Origin: Myxococcales bacterium
GTDB lineage: Bacteria; Myxococcota_A; UBA9042
Length of the DNA stretch: 56,497 bases
Assembly (NCBI GenBank): GCA_947499075.1
Contig: CANMNA010000003.1
Location: forward strand, 1-56,497
Direction of reading: 5' to 3'
Made by a program: the position numbers and the translations under genes. Each line of letters starts with the position of its first letter. Positions within the stretch are counted from its first letter, which is position 1. Shown piece after piece: positions 53,964-56,497 of this stretch. The notes below the pieces were generated by a model, which saw nothing but the letters and a program-made list of their open reading frames with translations, was not told the origin of the DNA and searched no databases.

Positions 53964-54844
53964 CAGAAACCTCGCCGCGACTGGTGACCCTGCTGGGCCC
54001 GCGCCATCTTCTTGACATCGGGATGGGCCTGCAGCACCTCGGTGGCGAGCTTGCGCAGCTCCAAGTGGATGCCAGGACCCGGTGCGACGAAGCGTCCCAG
54101 CAGGTTCATGTCCTGGGCCATCAGTGCCTTGAGATCCTTGACACAGCGCTCTTTCTTGCCTGAAGCAAAGTTGGCGAAAATGCGGGCAAACAACAGCATT
54201 GGCTTGACCTGCTCCAGCTCCGGATGCGCCGGATCCAGCCCTTCGAGCACAATCAGCGCCTGCTCGGCCTTGCCCGTGCGCGCCCACGCTTCGCCGACCA
54301 CCGCCGCCATCATGGCGCGGGCCGGCAGCGGCCCCGAAGTGGGCACGTTCATCTGGTCGGCGATGTCGCGGGCGTCCTTGGTCCGGTTCTTGACGAGCAA
54401 GAGTTGGCAGCGAAACGAGCGCACCTGATCGGCGGCGTCCTGCGGCACCTTGCTGAGGTCGATGCCCTGCAGGGTCTCCAGCGCCAGATCGGGGTTGTCC
54501 TGGGCTTGCAGTTGCGCGGTGGCGATGCGGCCCAGCACATCTTTGCTCTGCGGGTCGTTGGCCAGCAGCTGGGCAAGGGCCGCCTTGCGCGCCTCAGGCG
54601 ACGCTTGGCCGTCTTGCAGCAAGCCCAGCACTTTCTTCTGCTTTTGGACCTGGCGAAACGCGTACAGCAGTAGCCCAATCAGCGCGGCCGTCAGGATCGC
54701 CACCGCGATGATCACGATTTTGCTGCCAGTCATGGCGGCGCTGACCCAGACTGCGGCGGTGATGCCCAGAATTGTCAGCAGCGTCTTGCGGTTGAACAGC
54801 GGCAGCTGGGTGTCGATCGGGTTGGGCGCGGCGGAATCGGGCAT
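53963..54844 (-). CDS. Hypothetical membrane protein (2 TM) with TPR-like cytoplasmic/periplasmic domain
   Basis: TM 'LLTILGITAAVWVSAAM' and 'IVIIAVAILTAALIGLLLY', then a helical repeat region. TGATG junction with the next gene. Confidence 0.6.
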   Translation of the reverse strand: MPDSAAPNPIDTQLPLFNRKTLLTILGITAAVWVSAAMTGSKIVIIAVAILTAALIGLLLYAFRQVQKQKKVLGLLQDGQASPEARKAALAQLLANDPQSKDVLGRIATAQLQAQDNPDLALETLQGIDLSKVPQDAADQVRSFRCQLLLVKNRTKDARDIADQMNVPTSGPLPARAMMAAVVGEAWARTGKAEQALIVLEGLDPAHPELEQVKPMLLFARIFANFASGKKERCVKDLKALMAQDMNLLGRFVAPGPGIHLELRKLATEVLQAHPDVKKMARAQQGHQSRRGF

Positions 54845-54936
54845 GGGCGACCTGGGGCGGCGCAGTGGCCGCGGCCGACAAGGATCGCTCAGGGGCGGGA
54901 CGGGTGCAAGGGTGGTGGGCGCTGTGGCGGGCGCGC

Positions 54937-54983
54937 TTGACAGTTGGGCACAGAATCGGCATCGTCAAATCAGATTCTCTGAT
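54937..54983 (+). promoter_or_regulatory. Putative promoter plus operator of the second antitoxin-PIN operon
   Basis: TTGACA (54937-54942), 17 nt spacer, CATCGT. The inverted repeat ATCAGA-ttc-TCTGAT (54969-54983) lies 12 nt before ATG 54996. Confidence 0.4.
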
Positions 54984-54995
54984 AGGTAAAAAACC

Positions 54996-55262
54996 ATGCG
55001 CACTGTCACCGCCACCGACCTCTCGCGCAACTTCAGCGCAATGCTGGACGCCGTGCAGTTTCGCGGCGAGCAGTTGCAGGTCGTCCGCAACAACCATGTC
55101 GTAGCGCATATCGTGCCCGGCCCCGCGTCGATGACTGCCGAACAGGCATTTGGCGACCTGTACGGTGCTCTGCCGCAGGATGCCGCTGCCGACTGGCTCA
55201 CTGACAGCCGCAGTGGCGAGATGGAACTGATCAACGAACTGCGCGACCCATGGGCTACTTAG
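54996..55262 (+). CDS. Type II antitoxin (Phd/YefM-like N-terminus)
   Basis: 'MRTVTATDLSRNFSAMLDAVQFRGEQLQVVRNNHVVAHIVP'. Overlaps the PIN gene by 13 nt. Confidence 0.7.
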   Translation: MRTVTATDLSRNFSAMLDAVQFRGEQLQVVRNNHVVAHIVPGPASMTAEQAFGDLYGALPQDAAADWLTDSRSGEMELINELRDPWAT

Positions 55263-55678
55263 TCGATACTTGCATCTGGATCGACGTCGAACGCGGGACG
55301 CTGCTGCCCCACGCCGTCGCGGCTGTGCTCGGCAATGAGACGGTTTTCCTGTCGCCGGTCACCCTGGCCGAGCTCAAGTTTGGTGCCGAACGGGCCAAGA
55401 ATTCGGCGATGCGCCAGCAGCGACTCGCGGCGCTTGCCCGCCTGCAGGCCAAGCCGGTCTTGCACATCGACGCGATAACCGGCCAGATTTTTGGCGAAAT
55501 CGCCGCCCAACTGGTCGGCACTGGGCATCACCACAACCACAGGGTGCAGGACCTGTGGCTGGCGAGTCAGGCTGTACAGCACAAGTTGACGCTGGTGACG
55601 CACAATCGCAAGGACTTCGCGGACATTGTTGCGCTGTCGCTGCTGATTTGGCCGGATGCAGGTCGCTTAGCGGGTTGA
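55250..55678 (+). CDS. vapC: PIN-domain toxin (VapC-like)
   Basis: 'MGYLVDTCIWIDVERG...LAELKFGAE...DLWLASQAVQHKLTLVTHNRKDF' carries the PIN acidic residues. Confidence 0.85.
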   Translation: MGYLVDTCIWIDVERGTLLPHAVAAVLGNETVFLSPVTLAELKFGAERAKNSAMRQQRLAALARLQAKPVLHIDAITGQIFGEIAAQLVGTGHHHNHRVQDLWLASQAVQHKLTLVTHNRKDFADIVALSLLIWPDAGRLAG

Positions 55679-55713
55679 GTAGCTTTGTCCCGCTTGGGCA
55701 AAATTGCCAACCG

Positions 55714-55728
55714 TGGCACACTTGTCGC
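55714..55728 (+). promoter_or_regulatory. Sigma54-type -24/-12 element upstream of the last gene
   Basis: TGGCAC-acttg-TCGC lies 24 nt before ATG 55752, with GGAG in between. Confidence 0.35.
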
Positions 55729-55751
55729 TCAGTTTGTGGAGCAACCGGGTC

Positions 55752-56497
55752 ATGCCACTGGACCCCAACTTCTTCAACATGGCGTATTCCAAGGGCGACT
55801 GGCAGCGCATGGTCGGCAATGCTGCGCAGCGGTTGCAAGGGACGATGCCGGGTGATTTGTCGGATACCGCCGCCGCAGTGTTCATGTCGGGGCAGCAGGG
55901 TGCTCAAGCGAGCCGGGACGGCGCCGCGTCGATGGTGCGGGCGCAGAATTCCGCGGCGGATCGGATGGTCGCGGCTGAGCGCGGTGGCGCGGACGAGATT
56001 TCTGACGAGGTCGCGGATCTGCGTGGCGTCGAGATGGCCAATCTGGGCGTCAACATCGTGCAAACGGCGACGCTGGCCTACGGCATGTACAAGATCCACG
56101 CCAAGATGGGCGAGATGCACAGCGACGTGGTCGGGCACCTGACGCGGCTGGAGCAACTGGCAATCGACACGCGGTTGCAAGCCGAACAGCAGACTGCGGC
56201 GACCCAGGCGATACTCAAGGTCTTGACAGAGAGCCGGCGCAACGAGGCGAATCAGCTCGTCAGCCAAGGCGAGCGCAATGAACGCGCCGGGTTTATCGAC
56301 GAAGCGCTGGATCGCTTTAGCAAGGCGCTGGAGTTTGACAACACCGATCCGGTGGCGTGGCACCACATCGCGCTGTTGCAGGTCCGCAAGGGCGATGAGG
56401 CCAAGGCGGAGGACGCTTTTCAGCGCGCGGTCACGTTTGCGCAGAGCTATGCGAGTGAAATCAAGGATAGCGCGGTGCGGTCCCATGCGCCGTTTAT
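55752..56497 (+). CDS. Hypothetical protein with C-terminal TPR-like repeat (3' partial, runs off window)
   Basis: Not in the ORF track because no stop is reached. ATG CCA CTG GAC CCC AAC TTC TTC... shows strong GC3 bias. '...FSKALEFDNTDPVAWHHIALLQVRKGDEAKAEDAFQRAV' is TPR-like. The listed 370-aa minus ORF is its antisense shadow. Confidence 0.65.
   Translation, partial: MPLDPNFFNMAYSKGDWQRMVGNAAQRLQGTMPGDLSDTAAAVFMSGQQGAQASRDGAASMVRAQNSAADRMVAAERGGADEISDEVADLRGVEMANLGVNIVQTATLAYGMYKIHAKMGEMHSDVVGHLTRLEQLAIDTRLQAEQQTAATQAILKVLTESRRNEANQLVSQGERNERAGFIDEALDRFSKALEFDNTDPVAWHHIALLQVRKGDEAKAEDAFQRAVTFAQSYASEIKDSAVRSHAPF

Noticed and set aside
55374-56486. 370-aa minus-strand ORF at the right edge
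   Set aside because: It is the antisense shadow of an unlisted + strand ORF (55752 to the end of the window). That ORF has strong GC3 bias, an RBS and a TPR-like C-terminus.

Overview
Very GC-rich bacterial chromosomal segment. Long spurious antisense ORFs occur throughout; real genes are recognisable by GC3 bias and family motifs. The gene content (eukaryote-like Ser/Thr kinase, PEGA/TPR membrane proteins, DUF4388, many lipoproteins, TGGCAC-N5-TCGC sigma54-type promoters) suggests a myxobacterium-like organism, by inference only. There are about 50 protein genes. The housekeeping core includes mutY, glmM, greB, plsB, atpI-atpB-atpE, tsaD, rsmA, yaeQ, an ABC exporter, two M20 peptidases, a di-haem peroxidase, a DUF1343/NamZ-like gene and a patatin. 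Accessory material is interspersed: four type II TA modules (HEPN-MNT, two Phd-type/PIN, DUF1778-GNAT); a 123-bp MITE in four copies with 3-bp TWA duplications; and a second TIR family (a 589-bp IS630-like remnant with an HTH-only ORF plus a 230-bp ORF-less derivative). The most noteworthy observations are: (1) nested insertions exactly on the overlapped stop codons of two convergent genes (2790-3634); (2) two in-frame 126-bp MITE insertions inside genes; (3) an exported beta-barrel-like gene whose signal peptide is separated from the body by an in-frame UGA, followed by a SECIS-like hairpin (12861-12900) and preceded by a cobalamin-riboswitch-like leader; (4) an orphan sigma54-type promoter in a conspicuous AT-rich island (50215-50420); (5) a tightly overlapped Omp85 / M20 peptidase / lipoprotein / TM-TPR operon. 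No rRNA, tRNA or CRISPR array was seen. All family names come from motif recognition by eye. No searches were run, and start codons are best guesses.
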